A stretch of DNA of 64,000 nt from an uncultured bacterium (lineage in GTDB: Bacteria; Zixibacteria; MSB-5A5; GN15; FEB-12): NCBI GenBank assembly GCA_965603125.1, contig CBFDBU010000005.1:17359-81358 (forward strand). Direction: 5' to 3'. The notes beneath the pieces are model-generated. The model was not told where the DNA came from, made no database searches, and was given only the letters and a program-made list of their open reading frames with translations. The stretch's first letter is position 1; each line of letters begins with the position of its first letter. Positions 18,995-31,247 of this stretch are shown in pieces. The position numbers were made by a program, and so were the translations under genes.

Positions 18995-19937
18995 CGCGTT
19001 TCTCCCTTTGGATTATCTTCATAATTTCATCTTTGTCTTTTCTGATCTGCCTGGCGAGCTCCTCGGCTGATTCGAACTTCCTGCCTTCCCTGACGAATCG
19101 TACGGGGCAGACTACAATGTCAGTATCGTAGAGATCTTCGTCAAAGTCAAACAGGTTGATCTCCACGGAGACGCGTTCCTGGGGATTGAAGTGGTTTCTT
19201 CCGATAAACATCATCCCGTTCTTCCTGAGTCCCCTGCTCTGGACCCGACAGGCGTATACTCCCTGGCGGGGAAGCAGCTTGCGTGGATTGTAACGCACGT
19301 TGGCGGTGGGGTAACCGAGCTTGCGCCCGAGACCGATGCCTCTCTCCACCGTGCCGTAGATGGCATAAGGATGCCCCAGAACGCGCACCGCTTCGCCGAC
19401 CCTGCCTTCTTTCAGGAGCGTTCGAATATAGGTGGATGAGATCCGATGGTTGTTGTACATCACCGGTCCCACAACTTCCACGTCAAATCCCCAGCGTTTT
19501 CCCAGAGCCCCAAGCTCATCGGCGCTCCCGCTCCGGTTTTTGCCGAAGGCATGGTCATGCCCGACCACCAGTTTCTTCATCCCCAACTTGTCAATGAGGA
19601 TATCTCTGACAAACTGCTCCGCTGAAAGGCTCATTAACTCCGACGTGAAGTCCAGCACAAGGACCGTCCCGCGGAAGAAGTCCGGCAGAAATTTTCCCTT
19701 TTCCTCGATCGTCGTCAGAAGCGACGGCGCGTCGTCGGGCGTCACCAGCACTCGCGGGTGAGGGTGAAAGGTCACCAGCACCGGAGCATAACCGGTTGCC
19801 TCACCGGCGGCGAGGACCCTTCGCAGGATTTCCTGGTGGCCGCGATGAATGCCGTCGAAGGTGCCGATCGTCGCCACCACCGGGTGCCCGGATGGACGCT
19901 GGTAGTTTTGCAGCCCTCTGATGATCTCAATGCTCAA
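18954..19937 (-). CDS. ribF: bifunctional riboflavin kinase / FMN adenylyltransferase
   Basis: [11 protein letters not shown] motif and a C-terminal riboflavin kinase domain. The charged tail overlaps the rpsO start by 41 nt. Confidence 0.93.
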   Translation of the reverse strand: MSIEIIRGLQNYQRPSGHPVVATIGTFDGIHRGHQEILRRVLAAGEATGYAPVLVTFHPHPRVLVTPDDAPSLLTTIEEKGKFLPDFFRGTVLVLDFTSELMSLSAEQFVRDILIDKLGMKKLVVGHDHAFGKNRSGSADELGALGKRWGFDVEVVGPVMYNNHRISSTYIRTLLKEGRVGEAVRVLGHPYAIYGTVERGIGLGRKLGYPTANVRYNPRKLLPRQGVYACRVQSRGLRKNGMMFIGRNHFNPQERVSVEINLFDFDEDLYDTDIVVCPVRFVREGRKFESAEELARQIRKDKDEIMKIIQREKRDDRDKRAESRDCC

Positions 19938-20896
19938 TTCAGCACCCTTATGTAGTTGAACAACTCTCCGTCGCCGTTATTGCCAACGCCGTGAGACGAA
20001 CGGCCGGCAGTTCCCACGGCCAGGACCTCCCCCCGAGTGTTCTTCAGGACAATCTTGTCACCGACACCGAAACTGCCTTCGACACCGATCACATCACATG
20101 CCCGCAGGGATTTGCCGGAGACCACGTATGGCTCATAATCATCGTTGATTCTGATGGCGCTGAACGTCAGCACACTGGAGAAAGGAAGCAGGTGGTCGGC
20201 CAGTTTCCCCGCTCCATGAAGCCGTGGCACGTCATCCGAGCTGACGGCACCATCCAATGTGAGCGTGCCCACCGCGGTCCTGCGCAACTTCGACAGGTAT
20301 CCCCCGCATCCCAACCGCTTGCCAAGATCATCGGCCAGGGAACGGATGTAGGTACCGCTGGAACAGGTTATCCTCAGACGCAGGTGCGGCTTGTGATACT
20401 CCAGAACGGCAATCTCCCTGATTTCCACTTCACGCTCCGGAGGGACGACATCGACGCCTTCGCGCGCTAACCGGTGCAGTCTCACGCCGTTGATCCGGAC
20501 GGCTGAATATACGGGTACCCGTTGCTTGATTCTGCCGGTGAACTCCGATACCAGCTTCGCCAGCGCAGCGGAATTGAGATCCGGCGGCGATAGCACCGCC
20601 TCATCCACGGATACGCCCTCAGAATCGAATGTTTTGGATCTCCGGCCCAGACATATCTCCGCCACGTACGTTTTGTCAAAGCCGGACAGGAACTGCACTA
20701 TCTTGGTGGCCCGACCGATGCATACGACCAGCAGCCCTTCGGCCAGCTTGTCAAGCGTACCGGCATGACCCACGCGCCGTTGCCGAATTGCGTGGCGCAC
20801 CTCCATGACGGTGTCGTGGCTGGTAAGGCCGGCCCGCTTGTCAAGCAGGAGGACTCCGTGGTAGTATCCACCGCTGTCAATCATTGACCACCTCAC
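19934..20896 (-). CDS. truB: tRNA pseudouridine(55) synthase
   Basis: LLLDKRAGLTSHD, catalytic Asp in GHAGTLD, C-terminal PUA-like part. The start may be the ATG at 20884. Confidence 0.93.
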   Translation of the reverse strand: MRWSMIDSGGYYHGVLLLDKRAGLTSHDTVMEVRHAIRQRRVGHAGTLDKLAEGLLVVCIGRATKIVQFLSGFDKTYVAEICLGRRSKTFDSEGVSVDEAVLSPPDLNSAALAKLVSEFTGRIKQRVPVYSAVRINGVRLHRLAREGVDVVPPEREVEIREIAVLEYHKPHLRLRITCSSGTYIRSLADDLGKRLGCGGYLSKLRRTAVGTLTLDGAVSSDDVPRLHGAGKLADHLLPFSSVLTFSAIRINDDYEPYVVSGKSLRACDVIGVEGSFGVGDKIVLKNTRGEVLAVGTAGRSSHGVGNNGDGELFNYIRVLN

Positions 20897-21911
20897 GAAT
20901 CAGTCGCAGTAATTCCTGCCTGGCCTGTGCTAAGGGCATCAACATGGTGCACCCGGATGCGTTGTCGTGTCCGCCGCCGCCCAGTTTGGCCGCCAGGGCA
21001 GCTACGTCAATACTGTCTCGCGAACGCAACGACACCTTGGTCCGGCCGTTGTTGATCTCTCTGAGAAGGGCACCCGCTCTGACATTTCTGCCGTGCAGGG
21101 TGAAATCGGCCAGACCCTCCCCCTCCGATTCGTGCGCTCCCGACTGCGCCAACATTTCCCGCGTCAGCGTTAGAAAACAGATGCGGTCGTCATCATGGAA
21201 CTCGACACTGCCGAGGACCATGCCCTCCAGCTTCATGGTCGAGGAAGGTTTGGCGTAGTATACCATATCGCATATCTTGTGCGGGTCAGCTCCGGCCTCG
21301 ATCAGAAGCCCGGCAATCTCCATCGTGCGCAGGGTGGTCGAGGAAAACCGGAAGCGACCGGTGTCGGTGAGAATGGCGGTATAGAGTTGCCAGGCGATCT
21401 CCTTTGAAACCGGGTATCCAACCTGCTGGAAGAACTCGAAGACCATCTCTCCGACCGACGAGGCCTCGCTGTTGACCCAGGCGATTTCTCCGAACTCCGT
21501 ATTGCCACGGTGATGATCCACATTGACGATTCTTACACCGTCGTCGAGGAAGCGAATGGCCGCGCCGGTGCGGTCGAGGACAGGGCAATCCAGCACAACG
21601 GCCGTATCAACAGCGAAACCTTCGCCGAGAGATTCAACATGGGGAATATCCTTAGCTCCGGGCAGAAACAGGTACTTCTCCGGAATGACATTTGCGCAAA
21701 CGAGGAAGACCTCCTTGCCCAGGTGACGCAGGTAGGAGGCAAGGGCCAACTGCGAACCGATCGCGTCGCCGTCCGGATCCTCATGCGAGGCCACCAACAC
21801 CCGCCGGCTGCTCGCCAGTAACCTCGCTATCTCAGTGATCAGGTCACCAAAGCCGGCTGCGGACGGACTATTCCTGTTTGTCACTTTTGATTTCATTGAG
21901 CAGGCGCTCAA
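20877..21911 (-). CDS. DHH/DHHA1 phosphoesterase (NrnA-like oligoribonuclease / pAp phosphatase)
   Basis: DPDGDAIGS, DHH (VDHHRGN) and GGGH motifs. Confidence 0.8.
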   Translation of the reverse strand: MSACSMKSKVTNRNSPSAAGFGDLITEIARLLASSRRVLVASHEDPDGDAIGSQLALASYLRHLGKEVFLVCANVIPEKYLFLPGAKDIPHVESLGEGFAVDTAVVLDCPVLDRTGAAIRFLDDGVRIVNVDHHRGNTEFGEIAWVNSEASSVGEMVFEFFQQVGYPVSKEIAWQLYTAILTDTGRFRFSSTTLRTMEIAGLLIEAGADPHKICDMVYYAKPSSTMKLEGMVLGSVEFHDDDRICFLTLTREMLAQSGAHESEGEGLADFTLHGRNVRAGALLREINNGRTKVSLRSRDSIDVAALAAKLGGGGHDNASGCTMLMPLAQARQELLRLIREVVND

Positions 21912-22224
21912 TGCGCATTCCTTCCTCGATGGACGGATCGTACTTGAAAGTCAACTCAGGGATATGCCGGAGCCGCAGGTTTGCGCCAAGTTTATGCCTG
22001 ATGCGACCGTTTTCCCGGAGGAAGAACTCGGCTACCGACTTACGGTCGTCCTCCTTGCCCAGAAACGAATAGTACACCGTAGCGTAACGGAGATCGGCAG
22101 ACATGCGAACGTGAGTAAAGGTGACCATCCCTGAGAAATGCTCCGCCAGTTCGGTCTCCATCGTGCGCGATATGGTGCGAAGGGCTTCCTCGCCCACGCG
22201 GTCGGAACGCTTGAACTGCTTCAC
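21868..22224 (-). CDS. rbfA: ribosome-binding factor A
   Basis: 118 aa. Conserved position after infB; VTFTHVRMSADLRYATVYYS is typical RbfA. Confidence 0.9.
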   Translation of the reverse strand: MKQFKRSDRVGEEALRTISRTMETELAEHFSGMVTFTHVRMSADLRYATVYYSFLGKEDDRKSVAEFFLRENGRIRHKLGANLRLRHIPELTFKYDPSIEEGMRIERLLNEIKSDKQE

Positions 22225-22226
22225 GT

Positions 22227-22520
22227 TCAGTACGACTCCACTTGATAGTCGGCTACGACAACAGCCGGATTCGATTCGATTCTGTTCACTACCCTGGAAA
22301 TCACCTGATGACCGAAACTACCGTTGTTGGAGATCACAGCGGCACCGATCAGAGCCTCACGGTGTCGATCGTTGCTGTCTACCTCAGCGATAGAGATATT
22401 GAAATCCTTTCTCAACCGTGTCATCAGGGGCTTGAGAAGGCGCCGCTTGTCTTTCAACGACTCCGCCGACGGGAGCTCCAGACGAATGGTCAGAATAACG
22501 GTAACCAAAACTGCAAGCAC
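22227..22520 (-). CDS. DUF503 (YlxP-like) protein
   Basis: 97 aa. The SLKDKRR motif and the position between infB and rbfA are typical. Confidence 0.8.
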   Translation of the reverse strand: MLAVLVTVILTIRLELPSAESLKDKRRLLKPLMTRLRKDFNISIAEVDSNDRHREALIGAAVISNNGSFGHQVISRVVNRIESNPAVVVADYQVESY

Positions 22521-24731
<2,211 letters not shown>

Positions 24732-24772
24732 CCTGGTCTCACCTCCTCGGAGTGCTATATGGGTAAAGGAGC

Positions 24773-26236
24773 CTATTCATCCTGTTCGGTCTTCTGCTGG
24801 GTGTCACTCTCGTCCCCGTCTTCGATTTCGTCGAACTCGGGAGCGGTCACTTCCGGCACGTCATCCACCTCAGTGACGAAATCGGCGTCGGTTTCAAAAA
24901 CGTCTTCTTCGGACAGCTTCTCGTCCTTGGCGCCCTTGTCCGGGGCCTCGGCTACCTGCTCAGCTTTACGCCGCTCGTAATCCTTTTCGAGTTGGTGGAC
25001 CAGGGTCTTCGCCTTCTCGATCAGAGTCTCAGCCGTCTTCTGGCCGATGCCCGGGATTTTCATAAGTATCTCCGTAGAGGTCGCGGCCAGACGCTGAACG
25101 GAATTGATGTCGGCCTCGATCAGGCGCTCACGAATCTTGATCCCGATACCCTCCAACTGGCCCACCGGCACCAGCATCTCCGCCTCGCGGTGCTGAGCCT
25201 CGTTGTACTCCGTCTCCGAGAGTATGTTCACCTTCCAGCCGGTCAGTTTGGAAGCCAGGCGGGCATTCTGACCATTGCGCCCGATAGCCAACGACAGCTT
25301 TTCGTCCTCGACGACAACGGTCATTTTTGCTTCAAGCTCAAAGGTCTCGACATTGACCACCTTTGCCGGCGCCAGGGCGCGTGTCACAAACATCTGGGGA
25401 CTGGAGGTAAAGGGTACGATGTCAATACGTTCGTTGCTGAGTTCCCGGACGATGGACTGCACCCGCACTCCCTTGATGCCGACACAGGCGCCGACCGGGT
25501 CGATGCGATCGTCAGAGGAATAAACGGCGATCTTGGCCCTCTCCCCCGGCTCCCGGGCAATGGCCCGGATTTCGATTACCTTTTCATATATCTCGGGAAC
25601 CTCGAGCGCAAACAGCCCTCGCAGGAATTCGTTGTTGACCCGCGACAAGATTATCTGAGGTCCGCGCAGGCTCTTCTGAACATCGAGAATGTAGGCGCGA
25701 ACCCGCTCTCCCTGACGGAACCGCTCCCGAGGGATCTGCTCCTTGATCGGCAGCAGCGCCTCGGCGCGACCCAGGTTCACGATCACGTTCCCCTTGTCAA
25801 TCTGCTGTACCACGCCGGATGCCAGTGTCCCGACCTTGTCGACATATTCATCATAGACGCGGTCGCGTTCCGCCTCGCGCACCTTCTGAACGAGCGTCTG
25901 TTTCGCGGACGCAATGGCGTTGCGGCCGAACTCCGTCTCGTAGTCGATGTAGATATCGAGCTCATCACCCAGCCCGGCCTCGGGGTCGATCTCCCTGGCG
26001 TCCTCAAGCGATATCTCGATGTTGGCGTCTTCCACCTTCTCCGCCACCATCTTGGTCGCTATCATCAACAGATCGTTCGCCTTGCGATCGAACTTGAAAG
26101 TGATGTTGTCGATGTAGTCATACTTCTTCTTGGCGGCAGCCAGAAGGCTTGCCTGAAGCGTTTCCAGCACCGCGTCGAAGTCGATGTTCTTTTCGCGGGC
26201 AATCAGAGTGATCGCCTCTACCATGTCAAACGCCAT
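24773..26236 (-). CDS. nusA: transcription termination/antitermination factor NusA
   Basis: N-terminal domain, S1, 2 x KH and HhH repeats, with an acidic C-terminal tail. Confidence 0.95.
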   Translation of the reverse strand: MAFDMVEAITLIAREKNIDFDAVLETLQASLLAAAKKKYDYIDNITFKFDRKANDLLMIATKMVAEKVEDANIEISLEDAREIDPEAGLGDELDIYIDYETEFGRNAIASAKQTLVQKVREAERDRVYDEYVDKVGTLASGVVQQIDKGNVIVNLGRAEALLPIKEQIPRERFRQGERVRAYILDVQKSLRGPQIILSRVNNEFLRGLFALEVPEIYEKVIEIRAIAREPGERAKIAVYSSDDRIDPVGACVGIKGVRVQSIVRELSNERIDIVPFTSSPQMFVTRALAPAKVVNVETFELEAKMTVVVEDEKLSLAIGRNGQNARLASKLTGWKVNILSETEYNEAQHREAEMLVPVGQLEGIGIKIRERLIEADINSVQRLAATSTEILMKIPGIGQKTAETLIEKAKTLVHQLEKDYERRKAEQVAEAPDKGAKDEKLSEEDVFETDADFVTEVDDVPEVTAPEFDEIEDGDESDTQQKTEQDE

Positions 26237-26250
26237 CTATCGGCTCCCCG

Positions 26251-26697
26251 TCAAAAGGCTATCTTTGCCTGCTCGATTTCCGAGAGCTCCAGAGTAAAAA
26301 CTCCGGACTCGTTCTCCAATTCAACATCGTCACTTGTAGCCGCAACAATCCGGCCCGTAACGTTTTTTTTCGTGCGATCGATGAAACCAACCTCTACCGT
26401 CTCGCCGATGCGAAACCTGAAATCCCGAGCGGTCCTGAGCGGGCGATCCAGTCCCGGCGAGGAGACTTCCAGGGTATAACCGGATTCGAACAGGCCGGCT
26501 CCGTCAATTATGTCACTCACGATACGCGAAAGCCGCGCACATTCGCCGACGGTGGTTCCGTTCTGTGAATAGACGAACAGCCGCAGCGTCGCTCGTCCCT
26601 TGTATCGCGAAACGACCACGTCGACCAGTTCTGCACCTTCCTGCAGAAGCGGCCTCTCAACAAGCTCTCTAACCTCATCCTTTATGTCGTCAGCCAT
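26251..26697 (-). CDS. rimP: ribosome maturation factor RimP
   Basis: 148 aa, directly upstream of nusA; YTLEVSSPGLDRPL motif. Confidence 0.9.
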   Translation of the reverse strand: MADDIKDEVRELVERPLLQEGAELVDVVVSRYKGRATLRLFVYSQNGTTVGECARLSRIVSDIIDGAGLFESGYTLEVSSPGLDRPLRTARDFRFRIGETVEVGFIDRTKKNVTGRIVAATSDDVELENESGVFTLELSEIEQAKIAF

Positions 26698-26710
26698 AGT
26701 CTACGGTACG

Positions 26711-26733
26711 CAAAAGGTGGGTATGAACCCACC
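26711..26733 (-). promoter_or_regulatory. stem-loop plus U-tract in the rimP-nusA-infB leader
   Basis: The minus strand reads GGTGGGT-tcat-ACCCACC-TTTTG, ending 14 nt before the rimP ATG. Confidence 0.3.
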
Positions 26734-26743
26734 AGAACTTATT

Positions 26744-26772
26744 AAGTTACTTACTAACTGCTTCCAATGCAA
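26744..26772 (-). promoter_or_regulatory. possible sigma70-type promoter of the rimP operon
   Basis: The minus strand reads TTGCAT-N17-TAACTT. Pattern match only. Confidence 0.25.
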
Positions 26773-27018
26773 CAATTTTATGCTCGGTTTTGTGGTTCCC
26801 CGGTGCTTTTTGCGGGGTCTTGTGGACCACCCCTCATGCACGTCCGCCGACGCCTAACGGCAACAACCCGTGGGGCTTACGCGATTCGACCTCTCGAAAG
26901 CCTGACGGGGTGCTATCTGCTCACACATTTGCTATTGCGTACGAGCGATCAACCCGTTATCTATCATGCGGTCGTCTGATGAAACGCACCTGCCGCCAGG
27001 GCATCGGACGCCGCCTGT

Positions 27019-27090
27019 GCCCCCGTGGTGTAACGGATAACGCGTCGGCCTCCGGAGCCGTAAATCCAGGTTCGATTCCTGGCGGGGGTA
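27019..27090 (+). tRNA. tRNA-Arg (anticodon CCG)
   Basis: Hand-folded cloverleaf: acceptor GCCCCCG/CGGGGGT, D arm GTGT/ACGC, anticodon loop CU-CCG-GA, T arm CCAGG-TTCGATT-CCTGG, discriminator A. No encoded CCA. One U-U at positions 27-43. Confidence 0.8.
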
Positions 27091-27237
27091 AAATTTCTTG
27101 CCACGCGCCAAAGACATACTCCAAGCAACATTGAGCAGCACAGGCACAGATTGCCAGGGCTTCGGCAAGCGAGAAATATCATTGACGGACCACTGCTACA
27201 GTATTATAGTTCGGCTAATCAAGATGGGAGGCTATTT

Positions 27238-28014
27238 ATGCCTGAGGACACATCAGATAACTCAGAAGGCGGAGTTCAAGATCAGAGTGATCATTCATCT
27301 GCAACCAACTCCAATGATTCCTTGCCTGAAGTTGGTTTCGTGAAGGGAGAACCGGCTGCACCATGGCCCCGTTTGTTGCCGCGTTTCAAAGATATCATCG
27401 GACTCGTATTACTCACTGGTGGTATTACGACAGGACTGTTCACTCTCTGTGCCATACGGGACCAGGTAAACACAGCGATGAAGCAAACTGAGGCCGTCTG
27501 GTACTCCAATAGGCCCCTACTCAAGCTTGACGCATTCGATCCACGCAAGGACATTACGCCAATCTTGGACACTGTAAGCTTATCAACGGGAGAACGAGTG
27601 ACTGATTCAACTCGGTACTTCGCGTTGCATTTCACGATTCGCAATGTGGGGAATTCTCCGGCCACAATTGACACGATTCACTATTCTTCCGTGGCCGCTG
27701 GAGTCGTGGTAAAAGATACGAGCATTTATACGAACATTGTTGTTACTCCAACCGATTTGATCGCGGTGGTATCCAATCTGGCCGTCGTAAAGGGTTTGAA
27801 GACTCTCTTCAATATCAACTTCGCGTATTATTGGGAGCAGCGGTCTGCCGGACCGCCAATGTACTTTTCGAAGCATTACAGTGTTGCATATAAAAACGGA
27901 GCCTGGTCCGTGACTATAATTCCGTCTGAGACTTTCGACGAAGCTGTTAAGCGCGTGACGGAATCTCGCCCATCTGGAGTCCCCTTGCGCGACTCCGGCG
28001 CAAATCAAGAGTAG
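27238..28014 (+). CDS. hypothetical membrane-anchored protein (orphan)
   Basis: ATG at 27238 follows GGGAGG. Acidic/Ser-rich N-terminus, one TM (IIGLVLLTGGITTGLFTLCAI) and about 190 aa of beta-rich C-terminus. About 50% GC on a sample row. Confidence 0.5.
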   Translation: MPEDTSDNSEGGVQDQSDHSSATNSNDSLPEVGFVKGEPAAPWPRLLPRFKDIIGLVLLTGGITTGLFTLCAIRDQVNTAMKQTEAVWYSNRPLLKLDAFDPRKDITPILDTVSLSTGERVTDSTRYFALHFTIRNVGNSPATIDTIHYSSVAAGVVVKDTSIYTNIVVTPTDLIAVVSNLAVVKGLKTLFNINFAYYWEQRSAGPPMYFSKHYSVAYKNGAWSVTIIPSETFDEAVKRVTESRPSGVPLRDSGANQE

Positions 28015-28107
28015 ACAACTATTGCCACACCCTGAATCGACTAAATCCAAATGTGATGGTTCGCGAATCGCTCAATACGGAGCTATACTCTAATACAGGG
28101 GAAACCT

Positions 28108-28920
28108 GTGAATCCTGACTTCTTCGATACCGTTCTCGGAAAAACCGGTAAGAAAGTCTGCCGATTGGGTCTGTCGGCCACCTATCGCCCCGGCAGGAAA
28201 GCAATATACAAAGCGCTGGATGAAGGCCTCAATTTCCTGTTCTTTTTCGGAGTCGACACTCAGATGACAGCCGTGCTGCGCGACGTTCTGAGATCCGACC
28301 GGGAGACATACGTAGTGGCCACCGGGGCCTACAATCTCGGATGGGGGCACCCCGATCTGCGTCGCACTGTAGAAAAGCGGCTCCGGCAAATCGGCGCGGA
28401 TCAGATCGACGTCTTTCTCCTTTTAGGCGTGACGAAGGAAAGTCACTTCCCACAGCGCACCCGCGAGGAACTCCACCACCTGCGAGAGGAGGGCAAGGTC
28501 GGCGCTGTGGGTATATCCACTCACGACCGTAAATTCGCCGGCAGGTTGTGCTCCGAGGGCGCTCTGGACGTCGTTATGATGCGCTACAACGCCGCTCACC
28601 GGGGGGCAGAGCAGGATATATTCCCGTATCTTGAGCGGCACAATCCGGGTGTAATCAGTTTCACCGCCACCCGGTGGCGCTATTTGCTCAAGAGACCGCG
28701 GGGCTGGCCGAGAGAGGGCCGATTGCCCACCCCCGGCATGTGCTACCGTTTCGTTTTGTCAAACCCGCACGTCCACGTCTGCCTGACGGCTCCTCGGAAT
28801 GTCGCTCAGCTTGAAGAGAATCTCGCCGCCTTTCGCCGGGGACCTCTTGGTGCGGAGGACATGGACTTCATGCGTCGGTTTGGTGACGCCGTTCATCACA
28901 CGAAAAGATGGTTCATGTAG
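28108..28920 (+). CDS. aldo/keto reductase family oxidoreductase
   Basis: GTG start. LGLSATY, IDVFLLLGV and GISTHD resemble the AKR fold family. Confidence 0.75.
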   Translation: MNPDFFDTVLGKTGKKVCRLGLSATYRPGRKAIYKALDEGLNFLFFFGVDTQMTAVLRDVLRSDRETYVVATGAYNLGWGHPDLRRTVEKRLRQIGADQIDVFLLLGVTKESHFPQRTREELHHLREEGKVGAVGISTHDRKFAGRLCSEGALDVVMMRYNAAHRGAEQDIFPYLERHNPGVISFTATRWRYLLKRPRGWPREGRLPTPGMCYRFVLSNPHVHVCLTAPRNVAQLEENLAAFRRGPLGAEDMDFMRRFGDAVHHTKRWFM

Positions 28921-28999
28921 ATCACCGCAATGGACATGACAATGTGCGCCGGTAGCGTCAGCTTCCAGTTTGTGAAAAAACCCGGCGAGGCCCCTCCCG

Positions 29000-29251
29000 C
29001 TACAAGAAGTATGTTGCCACCACCGCGAGCCAGACAACCGCCGTGGCCATGAATCCGGCCCGGCGACCATTTCCAACCAGCAGAGCAATGGCCGAATACA
29101 TCAATGCAATGCCGATACGCGCTGTCCAGCGGTGCAGGTGCGTGATCTGGTAGGCGTCGGCCAACATCAACATTCCGCCGATCAGCAGCGCCAGGTAGAC
29201 GAGCCAGTATGGCTGTTTTTTCTTTGCCGATTGTTTGTCGCTACCGGCCAC
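29000..29251 (-). CDS. small hydrophobic membrane protein, unknown function
   Basis: Three predicted TM helices (YWLVYLALLIGGMLML, IGIALMYSAIALLV, MATAVVWLAVVATYFL). The start is uncertain; GTG 29251 was chosen so that only 11 nt overlap the amidase end. Confidence 0.35.
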   Translation of the reverse strand: MAGSDKQSAKKKQPYWLVYLALLIGGMLMLADAYQITHLHRWTARIGIALMYSAIALLVGNGRRAGFMATAVVWLAVVATYFL

Positions 29252-31247
29252 GATCGTACTCCTCCAGGAACTCCTCGATGCCCTTGCTGATGGCTTTGGC
29301 CACCTTCTTGCGGAACTTCTCCGTCTTGAGCAGGGCTTCATGCTCCGGGATCATCATGAATGCGCACTCCACCAGCACGGCCGGGTATTGAGTGGGACGG
29401 TTCACCGCCAGGTTTCCATGATAGAGACCGAAGTCGCCCAACCGGGTGGCCTTGAGCAATTCCTCCTGAATGCGCCGCGCCAGGTCAATCGAATGGGGAT
29501 GATAGTAGTAGGTTGAGACACCGTGATTCACAAACGGGTTGACACCGTCCGGCAGGGCGTTGTTATGGATGGATATGAACAGATCGGCGTCACACGCTCC
29601 GGCGATGGCCGGGCGGTCGTACAGGTCCACGTGGCGGTCGTCATCGCGCGTCATCACCACTCGGGCTCCCCGCTTTTGCAACCTTTCACGCAGGACCAGC
29701 GCGATTTCCAGGTTAGCCTCCGCCTCGGTGTATCCCGTAGGGCCGATCGCTCCCGGATCCCGGGAATGTCCCGGATCGAGCACGACCGTTTTGCCCTTCA
29801 GTTTACCCACACGAGCAGGAGGTTTGTTGATTCTCAAACAGAGGTTGTTGCTCTCGTAGCGGCTGTCGTATCCCCATATCTCATGTGCCAGATGCAGCGT
29901 CAATTCATACAGCCCATCCTCCGGCTGTGACCAGGTTGCCAGATCGACGAGGTCATCACCGAAATCATAACGGATCCAGTCGGTGTCGCTCGTCACTCCG
30001 AAAAGCTGAACGCGCAGTGTACGCCGATCTTCCTCAATCACGCAGTACGGGTGCCGGCCCGAAAGCGGGAACTCAATAAGCAGGGCGCTGTCGGAGCCGA
30101 ACGTTCGTATCGAAGACAGGTATGATCGTGGGGGCAGAACGCCCCGCGGCAGCTTCCTGACAGATATTTTGTTCACCCACCCGAACCGGGTTCTCGACAG
30201 TTGCACCTTGTACCAGTCGCCCTCAGCGCCCACGACCAGCGCTTCGACACCCTCGGGCTGAAAGATCGAGAGGTACCCGCGGCGGGGACCGTGCCTGACC
30301 GTCTGAACCGAGTCGGTGAATCTCACGACAAACGGGAAGGTGCCGTCACCCAGCGAAACGGAGAAAGAACTGACCGCCATATCCGGGTCGCAGCGGGCCA
30401 GATCAAAGTACTCGATGAGTTCAAGTTGATACGGCGCCGACGTATGAGTGAACAGACGCTGTGCGACATCAATAATCGAGGGTGGCGCCAGATGGTACTC
30501 CAGATGGCTGCTGAGTATCTCAACCGAGGGAGGCAAAACGATGAACCCGGAATAGATTCCTCGAAGTTTGAGCGAGTCGGGTATGGCTCCTTTCCCGAAC
30601 ACGGCTTCACCCCAGTACGGTTGAGGACGTGGTTGTGTTTCTATCATAGGGACGGAATCAGCGATGCCTGGTAACGAGAACCAGGCCCGACAGCCAGGAG
30701 TGCCGCGAAAGGCAACTTCCAGTCTGTCTCCCGCGGTAAGAGCGAGATCTCCTTCCGGCGGGTTGTACTCCCCGGCAATTTGAACCGAATCAGTGCTCAA
30801 CGGCCTCAGCGGTTCGGGAACCTGCACAGACAGAGTGCATGTCAGTCTTTCGGCGTACCCGATTTGCTCCCGCTCTCGAACCTGTTTGCGACGTGTCCGC
30901 CAGTCATCGTGTCGGCGGTGGGTGAGTTCAGCCTCAAGATGAAATGCGAATTCACCAGGGGACAGGGGCAGAAAAGCGAGGAAACCACCGCCGGGATGGA
31001 CGGCCACGGGACGTTGGTTTATCGTCAGTCGGTATGACCAGTCTCGCTGTTGCGGTGGCATATGGCCGAAAATGAATGTGGAGTCCACCGCGCCGATGCA
31101 CTGGTCCGGCTTGGGGTACACGACTACAATCTCCGCCTTGTGCGACGGTAAGTCGTGCGTTCCGGCGACAGCCCCCCAGAAGACCAGGGCGACCTGAGCG
31201 ACCGACAGAAGAAACCAGTTAGTCCTGGATGTATTTTTCCACCACAT
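29241..31247 (-). CDS. N-acetylmuramoyl-L-alanine amidase (Amidase_3 C-terminal domain, long N-terminal extension)
   Basis: The C-terminal 220 aa carry VVLDPGHSRDPGAIGP...EAEANL...ISIHNNA...VLVECAFM, typical of AmiA/B/C-type amidases. N-terminal signal anchor. Confidence 0.85.
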   Translation of the reverse strand: MWWKNTSRTNWFLLSVAQVALVFWGAVAGTHDLPSHKAEIVVVYPKPDQCIGAVDSTFIFGHMPPQQRDWSYRLTINQRPVAVHPGGGFLAFLPLSPGEFAFHLEAELTHRRHDDWRTRRKQVREREQIGYAERLTCTLSVQVPEPLRPLSTDSVQIAGEYNPPEGDLALTAGDRLEVAFRGTPGCRAWFSLPGIADSVPMIETQPRPQPYWGEAVFGKGAIPDSLKLRGIYSGFIVLPPSVEILSSHLEYHLAPPSIIDVAQRLFTHTSAPYQLELIEYFDLARCDPDMAVSSFSVSLGDGTFPFVVRFTDSVQTVRHGPRRGYLSIFQPEGVEALVVGAEGDWYKVQLSRTRFGWVNKISVRKLPRGVLPPRSYLSSIRTFGSDSALLIEFPLSGRHPYCVIEEDRRTLRVQLFGVTSDTDWIRYDFGDDLVDLATWSQPEDGLYELTLHLAHEIWGYDSRYESNNLCLRINKPPARVGKLKGKTVVLDPGHSRDPGAIGPTGYTEAEANLEIALVLRERLQKRGARVVMTRDDDRHVDLYDRPAIAGACDADLFISIHNNALPDGVNPFVNHGVSTYYYHPHSIDLARRIQEELLKATRLGDFGLYHGNLAVNRPTQYPAVLVECAFMMIPEHEALLKTEKFRKKVAKAISKGIEEFLEEYDRGR

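Noticed and set aside
27091-28020. Integrated prophage or genomic island at tRNA-Arg.
   Set aside because: There is no integrase and no phage or conjugation gene. I could find no convincing direct repeat of the tRNA 3' end downstream; only GGTTCG recurs. Only a single orphan ORF is present.
28960-28999. T6 run after the small membrane ORF, considered as an intrinsic terminator.
   Set aside because: I could not fold a convincing GC stem from the preceding CGGGAGGGGCCTCGCCGGG, so it is left unannotated.
29252-29341. Upstream part of ORF 29000..29341 (-).
   Set aside because: It overlaps the conserved C-terminus of the amidase in another frame. Only the hydrophobic downstream part looks like a possible small membrane protein.
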